From Eledone cirrhosa (taxonomy: Eukaryota): a stretch of DNA of 64,000 nucleotides. Positions 45,853-57,829 of this stretch are shown here, in pieces (position 1 is the stretch's first letter; each line of letters begins with the position of its first letter). A model generated the notes under the pieces. It had not been told where the DNA came from. It worked only from the letters and a program-made list of their open reading frames with translations, and ran no database searches. Where the stretch lies: NCBI GenBank assembly GCA_964016885.1, contig OZ024746.1:27590001-27654000 (forward strand). The letters run 5' to 3'. The position numbers and the translations under genes are program-made.

Positions 45853-46490
45853 CGTTTCTGAATTTGTTTAGCAAGATTCTTTATCTGAAATCGTGTGTTG
45901 AAACCGATATTGTTATACTTTGGGAGGGTCATGTTGCCAATAAGAAACACACGCACCAGTTGCGTTCACTTCAATTTATTATATATTTATAAATTTATAA
46001 ATTTACAAATCTACAAACTTATAAATTTCTGGTTGGTTGGTTGGTTCCACAACCAGATAGTTGTTTATATATATAGTCATAGTCCTTTCGTCACACACTC
46101 TGTGACCTCTTCAGTGACTGGGGATTCCTTTCTTCGTTTCTGTGCCTTTTCTTTCTTCTATCCTACGCCATTTTTTTTTTTTTTTTTTGTTTGTTTGTTT
46201 TTGTTTCTGTTTTTTCACACAGAAACAAAATGGCGTAGGATAGAAGAAAGAAAAGGCACAGAAACGAAGAAAGGAATCCCCAGTCACCGAAGAGGTCACA
46301 GAGTGTGTGACGAAAGGACTATGACTATATATATAAACAACTATCTGGTTGTGGAACCAACCAACCAACCAACCAGAAATTTATAAGTTTGTAGATTTGT
46401 AAATTTATAAATTTATAAATATATAATAAATTGAAGTGAAAGCAACTGGTGCGTGTGTTTCTTATTGGCAACATGACCCTCCCAAAGTAT

Positions 46491-46497
<7 letters not shown>
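45851..46497. mobile_element. Family-C PLE fold-back (tail-out inverted pseudo-LTRs, ~270-bp arms)
   Basis: 45907-46174 is the reverse complement of 46227-46498. Homologous to the GIY-YIG-linked 3' end at 26650-26903. (TA)n on both sides. Confidence 0.9.
46075..46119 (-). ncRNA. Minimal hammerhead ribozyme
   Basis: AGUCA-CUGAAGA-G-GUCACA gagug UGUGAC-GAAA-GGAC-UA^UGACU. The plus-strand copy at 46282-46326 has CCGAAGA. Confidence 0.8.
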
Positions 46498-46588
<91 letters not shown>

Positions 46589-46654
46589 GCATATATATAT
46601 GTATATATATATATATGAATATATATATATATATATATATATGCATATATATGC

Positions 46655-46706
<52 letters not shown>

Positions 46707-46765
46707 TTGTATATATATATATATATTTGTATAATGTATACATATACTTATATAAATATATATAA

Positions 46766-46823
<58 letters not shown>

Positions 46824-46866
46824 TTATAGATATATGTATGTAAATATATATATAAATATATATACA

Positions 46867-46898
<32 letters not shown>

Positions 46899-46907
46899 TA
46901 TAATATG

Positions 46908-46971
<64 letters not shown>

Positions 46972-47133
46972 CATCGACAAATAATGTGCATACAAACATT
47001 CCATATATACATACATGTGGATGGTGGTAGAATTGAAAGAAAAGAGCAATCTATAATAATTTGAAACGTATCTCAAGAGTTGGACTTGTTTACGCATACG
47101 AAAACACTGGTAATGCACGAACATTTTAAATGG

Positions 47134-47204
<71 letters not shown>

Positions 47205-47218
<14 letters not shown>

Positions 47219-47361
47219 TGGGGTGAGGGAGTGTGTGTGTATGTATAGATATCATAAAGAGTCAGGAACCCGACGGCTGAGCTGTTGCCGTTCCAACAGC
47301 TCTGCCGTCGGGTTCCTGACTCTTTATGATATCTATACATACACATACACTCCCTCACCCC

Positions 47362-47410
<49 letters not shown>

Positions 47411-47481
47411 GCTCTAAAACCCCAATTACCTCCTAGTCTGTTGAGTAATGCTCTAACCAGTTTCAAACTGAACCCATACTG

Positions 47482-47485
<4 letters not shown>
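47205..47485 (+). mobile_element. Family-A variant fold-back
   Basis: Palindrome ~47207-47375 centred near 47290, with tail 47410-47485 matching the reverse complement of 3350-3420. Confidence 0.7.
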
Positions 47486-47573
<88 letters not shown>

Positions 47574-47578
<5 letters not shown>

Positions 47579-47909
47579 TTGTTGCTCTGAAATAGCTATA
47601 TATATATATGAATGTATATATAGTGTATTTTGCAATACAATGTATGCTTAATAAAAAGCATTTTGAAGACCTTATGCTATTGTTTTAGAGTAGTGACAGA
47701 CTCACTTACTTTAATTTCAGCAAACAGGGGGAGTAATTGGCTTTGATAAGCATCAATAAATGCAGAAACAAGGCCTTGTCAGCTTTATCTCCCCCTGTTT
47801 GCTGAAATCAAAGTAAGTGAGTCTGTCACTACTCTAAAACAATAGCATAAGGTCTTCAAAATGCTTTTTATTAAGCATACAGTGTATTGCAAAATACACT
47901 ATATATACA

Positions 47910-47915
<6 letters not shown>
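47574..47915. mobile_element. Family-B fold-back in (TA)n
   Basis: ~125-bp inverted arms with ~55-bp spacer. Confidence 0.85.
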
Positions 47916-47954
<39 letters not shown>

Positions 47955-48722
47955 TGATGAAAAGGAGTAAAACTAAATAAAATTGGTAATAATTAAGGTT
48001 TCTCTATTGTTTTCAACTAATCTGACCTCCGGCAATCTCGCTGTGGACTTATTTTACCAAAATCGAATGGTGAGAGTGAGTTGGGGGAGAACTTACTTCT
48101 ATTTCTTACTCCCTCTTACTGTCCGTCCATTCGTCAATCTATATATAGAGAGAGTGAAACATTACTCCAGCTCTTATCGACACCACCTCCCCCCTCTTTC
48201 TAACTAACTAAAACTTAATGTGTGTATTCCAGTCTGTGTGTATTTCTGTATTTCTGTGTATGTCCAACAAAGCTACACAGACTTAAACAAATACTTTCTC
48301 TAGAATCACAATTGATTGATTGATTGTTGTTGCTGTTATTCTGACTTACTCGACAACGGCTCCTTTTTTCCGAAAACGGAGGCGGGGAGGGAGGGAGAGT
48401 TAAATTTAAGCACCTCTCAGATTTTAAAATTTATAGGAAAGCACCCACTGTGAATCTCGAAGGACAATTTTTTTCCTAGGTTTATTCGTGTGTTTTCAAT
48501 TATTCTGTTCACCAACAAAGTCGCAATTGCCTTTTCACCCGAAAACGGAATAGAGACGAGTGGGGTACCTTTAACGTATGTGTGAAAATACATCAACAAT
48601 GATTCCGATGCTGCCATGATTTCACTTAAAAAATGAAGTATGTCCGACCAGGTGTTCAACTTCCAACAGGACGAACACAGGGATGTAAAAACACAATGTC
48701 ATATATATATATATATATATAT

Positions 48723-48974
48723 AATTGGTGTTCTGAAATAGCGATATATATATGAATATATATATAGTGTATTTTGCAATACACTGTATGCTTAATTAAA
48801 AGCAATTTGAAGACCATACGCTATTGTTTTAAAGTAGCGACATTGTCGCTTACTTAAATTGTCTGCCGAAAATTTAAGTAAGCGACAATGTCGGTATTTT
48901 AAAATAATAACGTATGGTCTTCAAATTGCTTTTAATTAAGCATACAGTGTATTGCAAAATACACTATATATACG

Positions 48975-48980
<6 letters not shown>
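48723..48980. mobile_element. Family-B fold-back in (TA)n
   Basis: ~115-bp arms with a 10-nt loop at 48861-48870. Confidence 0.85.
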
Positions 48981-49051
<71 letters not shown>

Positions 49052-49174
49052 GTGAGGTTTTTTTTACAAAATGAAAAATAACCGAGGTGTCCTATACGAG
49101 TGAAAGTATAAAGAAAAAGAGATTAAAAAAAAAATATATATGTAATTATGTAAATATATATATATGTAATTATG

Positions 49175-49221
<47 letters not shown>

Positions 49222-49663
49222 ATGTATGTATATATATATATATATATATATATGAATATATCAACAATAGAGACGGAGGAGGAGGGTTTGTCCCACAGAT
49301 TTTCCCGGCCTCGGAGATTTCTTCTGTGGGATTTTTTTCTATTCTAGTTTTATTTTTCGTTTTTTTTTCAACCGATCTGACTTCTGAATCACTCGCCAAC
49401 GACTCCTTTTTTCCGAAGAAGGAGGTGGGATGTGAGGGAGATCTTTGCAGTGAAAGATAAGCACCCCCCAGGCGTTTCAATCTATATATATTAAGCGTCT
49501 GAAGATTAGGCCACCATTTTGATTTCTTTTACGTTCTTGACATATGGTCAATATCGGGCCTTGAAATGTTTTGTTACATGTATGAACATAAATAAATAAT
49601 ATAATATATAAATGTATATATATATATATACATATACATACACACATATGTGTGTGTGTATGT

Positions 49664-49733
<70 letters not shown>

Positions 49734-49844
49734 TATATTGGGAAAACGACTGTGTTCCACTTTGGCTGTCTTTATGTAGAATTGATCTCATTACATTTTG
49801 GCTTTGTTTTGAAATATATCGTCCTTATATCCTTGAGTGTATTG

Positions 49845-50050
49845 TGGTTATTTTGGCAGTAATAGCAGAGCATCTGACATGTTTTGTGGTATAGAGTCAT
49901 GGCCCTTTACATTCTGAGTTCAAATTCCGTCGTGATTAGCTTTGCCATTCACCCTTATGGGATCTTTAAAATAAAGTATCAGTAACGCACATGATTAGAT
50001 TAAATCGACCTTCCCCTCCTTTCATATTGCTGGCCTTGTCACAAAAGTAG
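49845..50050 (+). mobile_element. Degenerate SINE S1
   Basis: Similarity to S1 consensus. Confidence 0.7.
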
Positions 50051-50811
50051 TTATAAATATTCCATGATTAAGTTTTACTCATATTGTATTCATGAAAATA
50101 TTATCCGACGTGTCTTCCGTTTTTAAACCTGTACAGTATAAGAGGCAGATAGGGCTACTATTTCTTGCATAGCGATCATCCTGGCAATGTCTGTATCATC
50201 AGTTCAAGGTCATTCTTCTTGTTTACATATATTTGTAACGAAGAGATTGAATCCCATCGATAATTTCCGCAGTCCTACTGTATTGTATTTTAAATGAGAG
50301 ATTTTATATTATAAAGAAAAACGCAAATGCCTTGAGACATATATTTTCAAATTATCTCACAAATTACAGATAAAAGCCTATAATTGCGATGGAAATTGTG
50401 GTTATTTTCCATGTTATTCTTGTTCATTGGCATTTGATTTTTCAGTCAATTTCCTGATACCTGGGAAGATATTACTTGAGATTCAAAGCGATGTAAAACA
50501 TACATAAATATATTTATTTGAATTATTTCACCAAGTGTGTTAAGGAGCATAAAAGAAATGAATAGATCGATATACATATCAGTTACCAATTTTTTCGAAC
50601 ATAGTAAATTTAATTTGAAAAACCACAACAACGTCAAAAGTAACAAAAACAAAAAATAAAATAAAAACTATGAATTGGAAGTAACTTACCTGTGTATCTC
50701 TAGACAAATGTAATTTACCTAGAAACACACCATAACTATGAAAATAAACACATTTAGTGTATCTATCTATCCCCCCCTCTCTTCCGGCCTTCTTCTCTCT
50801 CTCTCACTATA

Positions 50812-50899
<88 letters not shown>

Positions 50900-50965
50900 A
50901 ATGTGTGTGTATGTGAGTGTGTGTGTATGTGTATGTAGACATATAAACATACATATATTTATGTT

Positions 50966-50999
<34 letters not shown>

Positions 51000-51032
51000 A
51001 ACATAAATATATGTATGTTTATATGTCTACAT

Positions 51033-51100
<68 letters not shown>

Positions 51101-51142
51101 CAAGAATAAATAGGACGAACACAGCGATGTAAAAACGCAATG

Positions 51143-51222
<80 letters not shown>

Positions 51223-51432
51223 GTATATATACATGTGTATATATATATATGAATATCTATAAAAGGTTGGTATTACATTGGATTTTAATTTGTGCAAATA
51301 TATATCTGAAAATGCTTTTTAGTCCCCACAATTATTCATGAAATAACCTAAATTGGAATCAATAATAGCAAATCAATACCCCCATTAAAATCTCCGTGAG
51401 TATATCTTTTATGTGTTTATTAATGTATATAT

Positions 51433-51508
<76 letters not shown>

Positions 51509-51666
51509 ACACGTATGTGTGTGTGTGTTTGTATATATATGTACATATACATACATTTCTATTATACTCTATTACACTTTCACGCTGTCAAGCACACACA
51601 GTTACACACACATATATATATATACATATATACATATATATACACATATGTATATACACACGTATA

Positions 51667-51729
<63 letters not shown>

Positions 51730-52311
51730 GCACACAGACACATGTATATATGTGTGTGTTCGTATGTGTGTCTGTGTTTGTGTGTATATATATATATATA
51801 TATATATGCGTATGCTAAATAACTAAATATGCTCCTTTGTACATTTATTCTTCAATATTATATTTATTCAGTTCTACAAATCTAGAGCAATTTCCTGCTT
51901 TTAATAATTTCAATAGAAGTGTTTAAATTGTTTGTAGTCGCCGGAAAATACATTCCAAACACATTTCAGTTTAAATGTAAAATTTAAGTTGAAATTATTT
52001 TTATTTTCATATACACAGTTATGAAAACACAGGCCCGACATATGTGCAATCAACTCCACATGTATTTAGATAAATTACATTTTACATACGAATGAGTTGA
52101 AAAGATATCTCCATATGAAAATATCTTTTTGGTGGAGGGGTCAGAAACGGGTTACTGAAATATTTCATTCAGTAGTTAACTCTTAAGAAGCAAATAAACT
52201 TTCATCAATTTTATCTATCTATCTCTATACATGTATATAAATAACAATCTATAAATATATACGAATGTATAACACACAAACACACCCTATATATATTTAT
52301 ATATATGAATA

Positions 52312-52437
<126 letters not shown>

Positions 52438-52488
52438 TAAACGGAATAGAAAATGCTGATATATATTGATATATATTTTTTAATATGA

Positions 52489-52533
<45 letters not shown>

Positions 52534-52554
52534 CACACACACACATGCACACAC

Positions 52555-52639
<85 letters not shown>

Positions 52640-52644
<5 letters not shown>

Positions 52645-52712
52645 TATGGCTTCTACAGGACTGGAACTGTTTCTTTCGGGTGAAATCATCAGTAAGTAGA
52701 AGCCATTTCTAT
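52640..52712 (-). ncRNA. Hammerhead-like motif in TA-flanked insertion (52640-52797)
   Basis: CUGAUGA-UUUC accc GAAA-GAAAC...GUC/GUA within a long outer stem (auggcuucuac/guagaagccau). Stem I junction is imperfect. Confidence 0.5.
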
Positions 52713-52903
52713 ATTAAATATCTATACTCTGCTATGTGTTGAATACCTTACTTATTTTGGTTACCCCCCTATTGAACCCGGGATATATTGAACCTTATAT
52801 ATATATATACAATGATATTAAATAAATGGAAACTATATTCATAAAACCATATTTACTTTATTATTTTATTATATATATTTCAACAAATTAAATACCACTT
52901 CTA

Positions 52904-52948
<45 letters not shown>

Positions 52949-52976
52949 ATAATAATGAATTTAATCTGTTATTTTA

Positions 52977-53010
<34 letters not shown>

Positions 53011-53015
<5 letters not shown>

Positions 53016-53690
53016 TAAAAGCAAAAGAAAATGCTGACAAATTGTTCCCTGTGAAAAATAGTTTAATTAGGAATAAGTAAAAATTAGTAATAAGTATTGG
53101 TTAGTATTCAGTTTTAGTTTTAAGTTTTTACCGGTTGCGCATTTCTAATGCTTTTCAAAAATAATTTTGAGATAGAGCGCCCGTGATGTTTGCTCTAATC
53201 TGATTAGTTTTGGAAATTCCACCTGTTTTATGTGAAAAAAGTGGCTCCAGAGGTATTAAAATAAGTTTCGCGCCAATTCGTGTTGCAAAAATTCTTGTGG
53301 TCAAAACAATTTTGATTGGTCGGTAGAGGTCACGTGAATGTTAAAAATTGATTTTGCGCCAAATGTAGGTTTGTCGAAGAGTGTCCTTTTTCGCCTGATT
53401 GAGAAGTCACTGAAAAATAAGTCTTTTAACACAAATATGTGTGTGTGTGTGTAGTAAAGAGGTTCATTGTTGTGATAATGGTCAGTAGGGATGTGTGTGT
53501 GAATTGCAGTCATGTTGAAAGGTCACAAGTTCAGGTGCCTATTAAGACAAATATGTGTGTGTGTCTGTGTGTGTGTGTAGCAGAGTAATTTGTGGTAGAG
53601 GGATCGGTCAGTAGGAATGTGTCTGTACGTGTATGGGGAATATTTTAACATGTTGAAAGATATTTTTCAGCTCTTGTCTTATACGGAGAA

Positions 53691-53722
<32 letters not shown>

Positions 53723-54767
53723 CTCTTTGTATGTTAGTGTACGCGTGTGTATGTGTGTGTGTGTATACGTGTATGGGTGTGTGTATATGTGTGTATGTGT
53801 GTGTGTGTGGGTGGACCAGTATTTTTGTGATACTGTAAAAAATGGTGTACATTATTCGATATTTTCAGTAAAAACGATTCTCTCAATAGAACATGAAAAA
53901 CCTTAATAATAAAAGGTGTGAAATGATATATAATATTGTCATAACACAAAGGTGTGTGTGAGTGTCCAGATTGTACGTACTGCAAGGGGAATCCATTAAG
54001 CCCTGCCGTATTGGAATACTTGTGTACAAATATGTATGTGCTCATCAGTGTGCAATGCATGTGTGCGTATATGTATGTGTGTGTCGGCACATTTATATCT
54101 ATAGACATCAAAAGGTATGCAAATTTGTGTATATTTGTGTTGCACCATAGAACATGTGTGTTTACGTATGTCATTGTGTTTATATGTGGATAGAGATGTA
54201 TGTAGGATGTATGCTGGTGTAGGTATGTATGTTGACGTGTGTATGTTGTGGGTTTGTCTTAGGGAGAAGTGTTTAGACGGGGTCCGTATTTGTTAATAAA
54301 GTGAGATTCTTTGCTGATGCGCTGGGTGTGGGTGGCATTATCTTTAAATTTGTAGAGGGGAAAGATTCTAAAGTTGGCATGATTTTGGGCGGCACAGGTA
54401 TCAATGTGTTCACTCAGTGGTATTTCCTGTATTCCCGTATTTTAATTTGGGATCTATGGACAGTCATGCGTTGGCGGAGGCTGTTTTTGGTCTGGCCTAT
54501 GTATTCACTTTTTTCACATAAAACAGGTAGAATTTCCCAAACTAACCAGATTAGAGCAAACATCACGGGCACTCTATCTCAAAATTATTTTTGAAAAGCA
54601 TTAGAAATGCGCAACCGGTAAAAACTTAAAACTAAAACTGAATACTAACCAATACTTATTACTAATTTTTACTTATTCCTAATTAAACTATTTTTCACTG
54701 GGAACAATTTGTCAGCATTTTTTTTTGCTTTTACCAATATATCACAACTCGTGTATTACACCTCTAT

Positions 54768-54775
<8 letters not shown>
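53011..54775 (-). mobile_element. 5'-truncated Penelope-like element with inverted pseudo-LTR at its 5' junction
   Basis: Arms 53011-53243 / 54506-54740 are inverted. GIY-YIG remnant plus CA-rich 3' UTR on the minus strand. (TA)n on both sides. Confidence 0.85.
54259..54506 (-). pseudogene. GIY-YIG endonuclease remnant (one frameshift; absent from ORF track)
   Basis: EYIGQTKNSLRQRMTVHRSQIKIREYRK / IPLSEHIDTCAAQNHANFRIFPLYKFKDNATHTQRISKESHFINKYGPRLNTSP*. Confidence 0.85.
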
Positions 54776-54815
<40 letters not shown>

Positions 54816-54817
<2 letters not shown>

Positions 54818-54903
54818 CCGTTTCAACAGTTAGTTGCCGTTTCAATAGTTAATTCCAGACTAGCTGTTGAAACGACAAGAGCTCAGCCGCCGGGGTCCTG
54901 ACT

Positions 54904-54936
<33 letters not shown>

Positions 54937-55106
54937 ACTTAGAGTTTACACTCAATGGGGTCATTTACAATTATTTTAGCTCTAAGAATCACTTCTGAGC
55001 AGTATAAATTAATATATGATAAACACTTACGTGTTTTTGTTGTAATTGACAATAAAATAGCTTTTATTGTCAATTACAACAAAAACACGTAAGTGTTTAT
55101 CACATA

Positions 55107-55154
<48 letters not shown>

Positions 55155-55290
55155 TCAGGACCCCGATGGCTGAGCTCTTGTCGTTTCAACAGCTAGTCTG
55201 GAATTAACTGTTGAAACGGCAAGAGCTCAGTCGTCGGCGCCTTCACTTTTTCATATAACAATAATCTACTACCCCAAGTATCGAGTAATC
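54816..55290. mobile_element. Nested fold-backs: inverted family-A copies around a second palindrome
   Basis: 54835-54906 is the approximate reverse complement of 55150-55222. Inner palindrome at 55008-55111. Confidence 0.8.
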
Positions 55291-55314
55291 ATACATGTGT
55301 ATGTGCATGTGTAT

Positions 55315-55389
<75 letters not shown>

Positions 55390-55576
55390 GTCTGGACGCA
55401 AACAAATGTACACCACACCAGCATTATCCTCCACCCCATGTTAACCCAATCCACCAACTTACAATCACAGCCACCCACTCACCAGACACATACCACTCTA
55501 GACATAAGGTAAAAACCCTGCCCGTCCTTCAGAACCACAGACAAACTGGCTCCAAAACAACCCGTACCAGTTACTG

Positions 55577-55609
<33 letters not shown>

Positions 55610-55610
55610 G

Positions 55611-55762
55611 TAATTGTTTCTACTTTTGGCACAAGGCCAGCAATTACCCATCCGTAAGGATGAAAGGCAAAGTTAACCTCAGTGGGATTTGAACTCAGAA
55701 CGTGAAGGGTCATAACTCCATGCTGCAAAATAAGGTGTCTGACGCTCTACCGATATTGCCAG
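55611..55762 (-). mobile_element. SINE S1 (internally deleted)
   Basis: Reverse-complement similarity to S1. Confidence 0.8.
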
Positions 55763-56067
55763 TAGAAACGTGGTATCAATATAGCGCCACTAGTTGTTTG
55801 TTCACGTGTGACGCGATTTTCGCGTTCGATTAGCTCAAGGAACGATAGGTATCGATTGCGCCCGACTACGGAATCGATAGTTCATCAACATTTTGCTTCT
55901 CAAGAATATCGACTACGGTGTAATACCAAAAGTAAAACAACACATTGGCAACCGAACCCACTTAGGCATCGAGTACCCAAGCTGGGGAACCAGTAGTAAC
56001 TAAACCTTACACATAATAAACAATGTATATAGATAGATTGATAGAGATATCATACATATATATGGCA

Positions 56068-56190
56068 GAGAGAAGGGCTAGAGAGTGAGGGCTAGAGAGT
56101 AAGACAAAGAGAAGGGGCTAGAGAGTGAGGGCTAGAGAGTAAGACAGAGAGAAGGGGCTAGAGAGTGAGGGCTAGAGAGTAAGACAGAGA
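56068..56190. repeat. ~40-bp purine-rich tandem repeat x3
   Basis: gagagaaggggctagagagtgagggctagagagtaagaca. Confidence 0.85.
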
Positions 56191-56742
56191 GAGAGAGAGA
56201 GAAAGAGAGAGAAATTGAGTGAGTGACAAATAGATATATAGATAGATGTATGTGTCTATGTGTGTGTGTGTGTATTCCTGTATGTGTTTTGGGGCATGAG
56301 TTTACTCATGTACATTCTATTTGGTATTGTGGTGAGTAGGTTGTATTTTTTGTAGACTAAACCGTTGAAATCTTAACTGAGGAGTTGCTAATTAACTTCT
56401 TACTATAAGAATGTTAGTCTGATTGATTAACATTCTTGTAGTAAAAAGTTCATTTCCCCGTTTCCAGTTACTTATACTGTTTCCTATAATCTTGTTCGTT
56501 TGCTCAAAGTAGTGGAAATGTGTTAACGTATAATGATGTTGATATATTCCCACACTTACACATTTAATGTGTTCGGCTGAGTAATGAACTGTATTAACAT
56601 AGTTGGAGTACAACAAGGTAAAGTGTTGTAGTTTATAGAATTCTCTCAGGGTATAATGTATTTGTACTTGGATAGTAGATGCGTCTGACATCCGATGTAA
56701 TGCGATCTTTTAACACGTGATTCGAAACATCCCAACCACATC

Positions 56743-57142
56743 ACGGTGGATTGGCAGTATCGGTAGAGGGTCGGACATCATTTTTTTGACGCAAAGAGTT
56801 ACGGCCCTTTCCATTCTGAGTTCAAATCCCGCCGAGGTTAAACTTTGCCTTTCATCCTTACGGGGTCGATAAAATAAAGTACCAGTAATATACTGAGATA
56901 ATTGCTGGCCTTGTGCCAAAAGTAGAAACAATTATTAATTATATACCGTGTGGTGGTGGATTGGCAGTATCGGTAGAGGGCTGGACGCCATGCTTTGCAG
57001 CAAAGAGTTACGGCCCTTTATGGTCTGAGTTCAAATCCCGCCGAGGTTACCTTTGCCTTTCATCCTTAGGAGGTCGATTAAAAAAGTACCAGTAATACAC
57101 TGGGATAATTGCTGGCCTTGTGCCAAAAGTAGAAACAATTAT
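56743..57142 (+). mobile_element. Head-to-tail pair of full-length S1 SINEs (56743-56935, 56950-57142)
   Basis: Two complete S1 consensus matches. Confidence 0.9.
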
Positions 57143-57829
57143 TATACACTGGAGTATTCCATCTCCATATTCAAAGTGTTCGACGTTTAACCTGTCTTCC
57201 ATGCCTCTGTAAATATATCACATATCTATTGTTATAAAAGAAGTATACCTCGTATTAGAACGTATAACATATACACAAATGTATTAAGGTTCATATAGTA
57301 AAAGTCAGAACACTGACTTCTTTGTTAGTAGTCTTGTCCGTCGTCAGTGGTAACGTTCTTCTTTCAGCGGGGAATCTAAGCATTCGTACCTAGTCATTTT
57401 CTGGAGTATTTCTCTGCCATATTTGAAACATTATACTCCCAACCTTGCTTCTATACTCCTAGAGAGATGTGATCATTGATAATATCGTATAATAATTGTA
57501 ATAAAATTAGAAGTATATGTTGTAAAAGAACGTATTATTCGTCGTGAATCATTATAATGTATCTAAATTATACCAAGTTAGTGTGTAGAATTCTGTCGTG
57601 AAACCCTACTAATTCGTCCACAGAGAGCATTGCTTTCACTTTGAGCCAGAGAATTGTCTTCATAGATGTCACCCGATGTTTTTGTGAAGACGCTGGCGCT
57701 AAAGGACAGAAAAATACTCTAATACAACTTCAACGCACAGCTCCACTGTTATCTATGCATATATGAATGTTTGCACCATGTATGTATGTATGTATGTACG
57801 TATGTATGTATGTATGTATGTATGTATGT

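Noticed and set aside
49493-49590. CTGAAGA..AGGCC/GGCCT..GAAA hammerhead candidate
   Set aside because: No valid UH triplet with a matching stem I could be found.
53954-54193. Cys-rich ORF (MCECPDCTYC)
   Set aside because: It lies antisense in the GT-rich PLE 3' UTR, and base composition explains the cysteines.
54301-54594. 97-aa plus-strand ORF
   Set aside because: It is the antisense shadow of the frameshifted GIY-YIG remnant.
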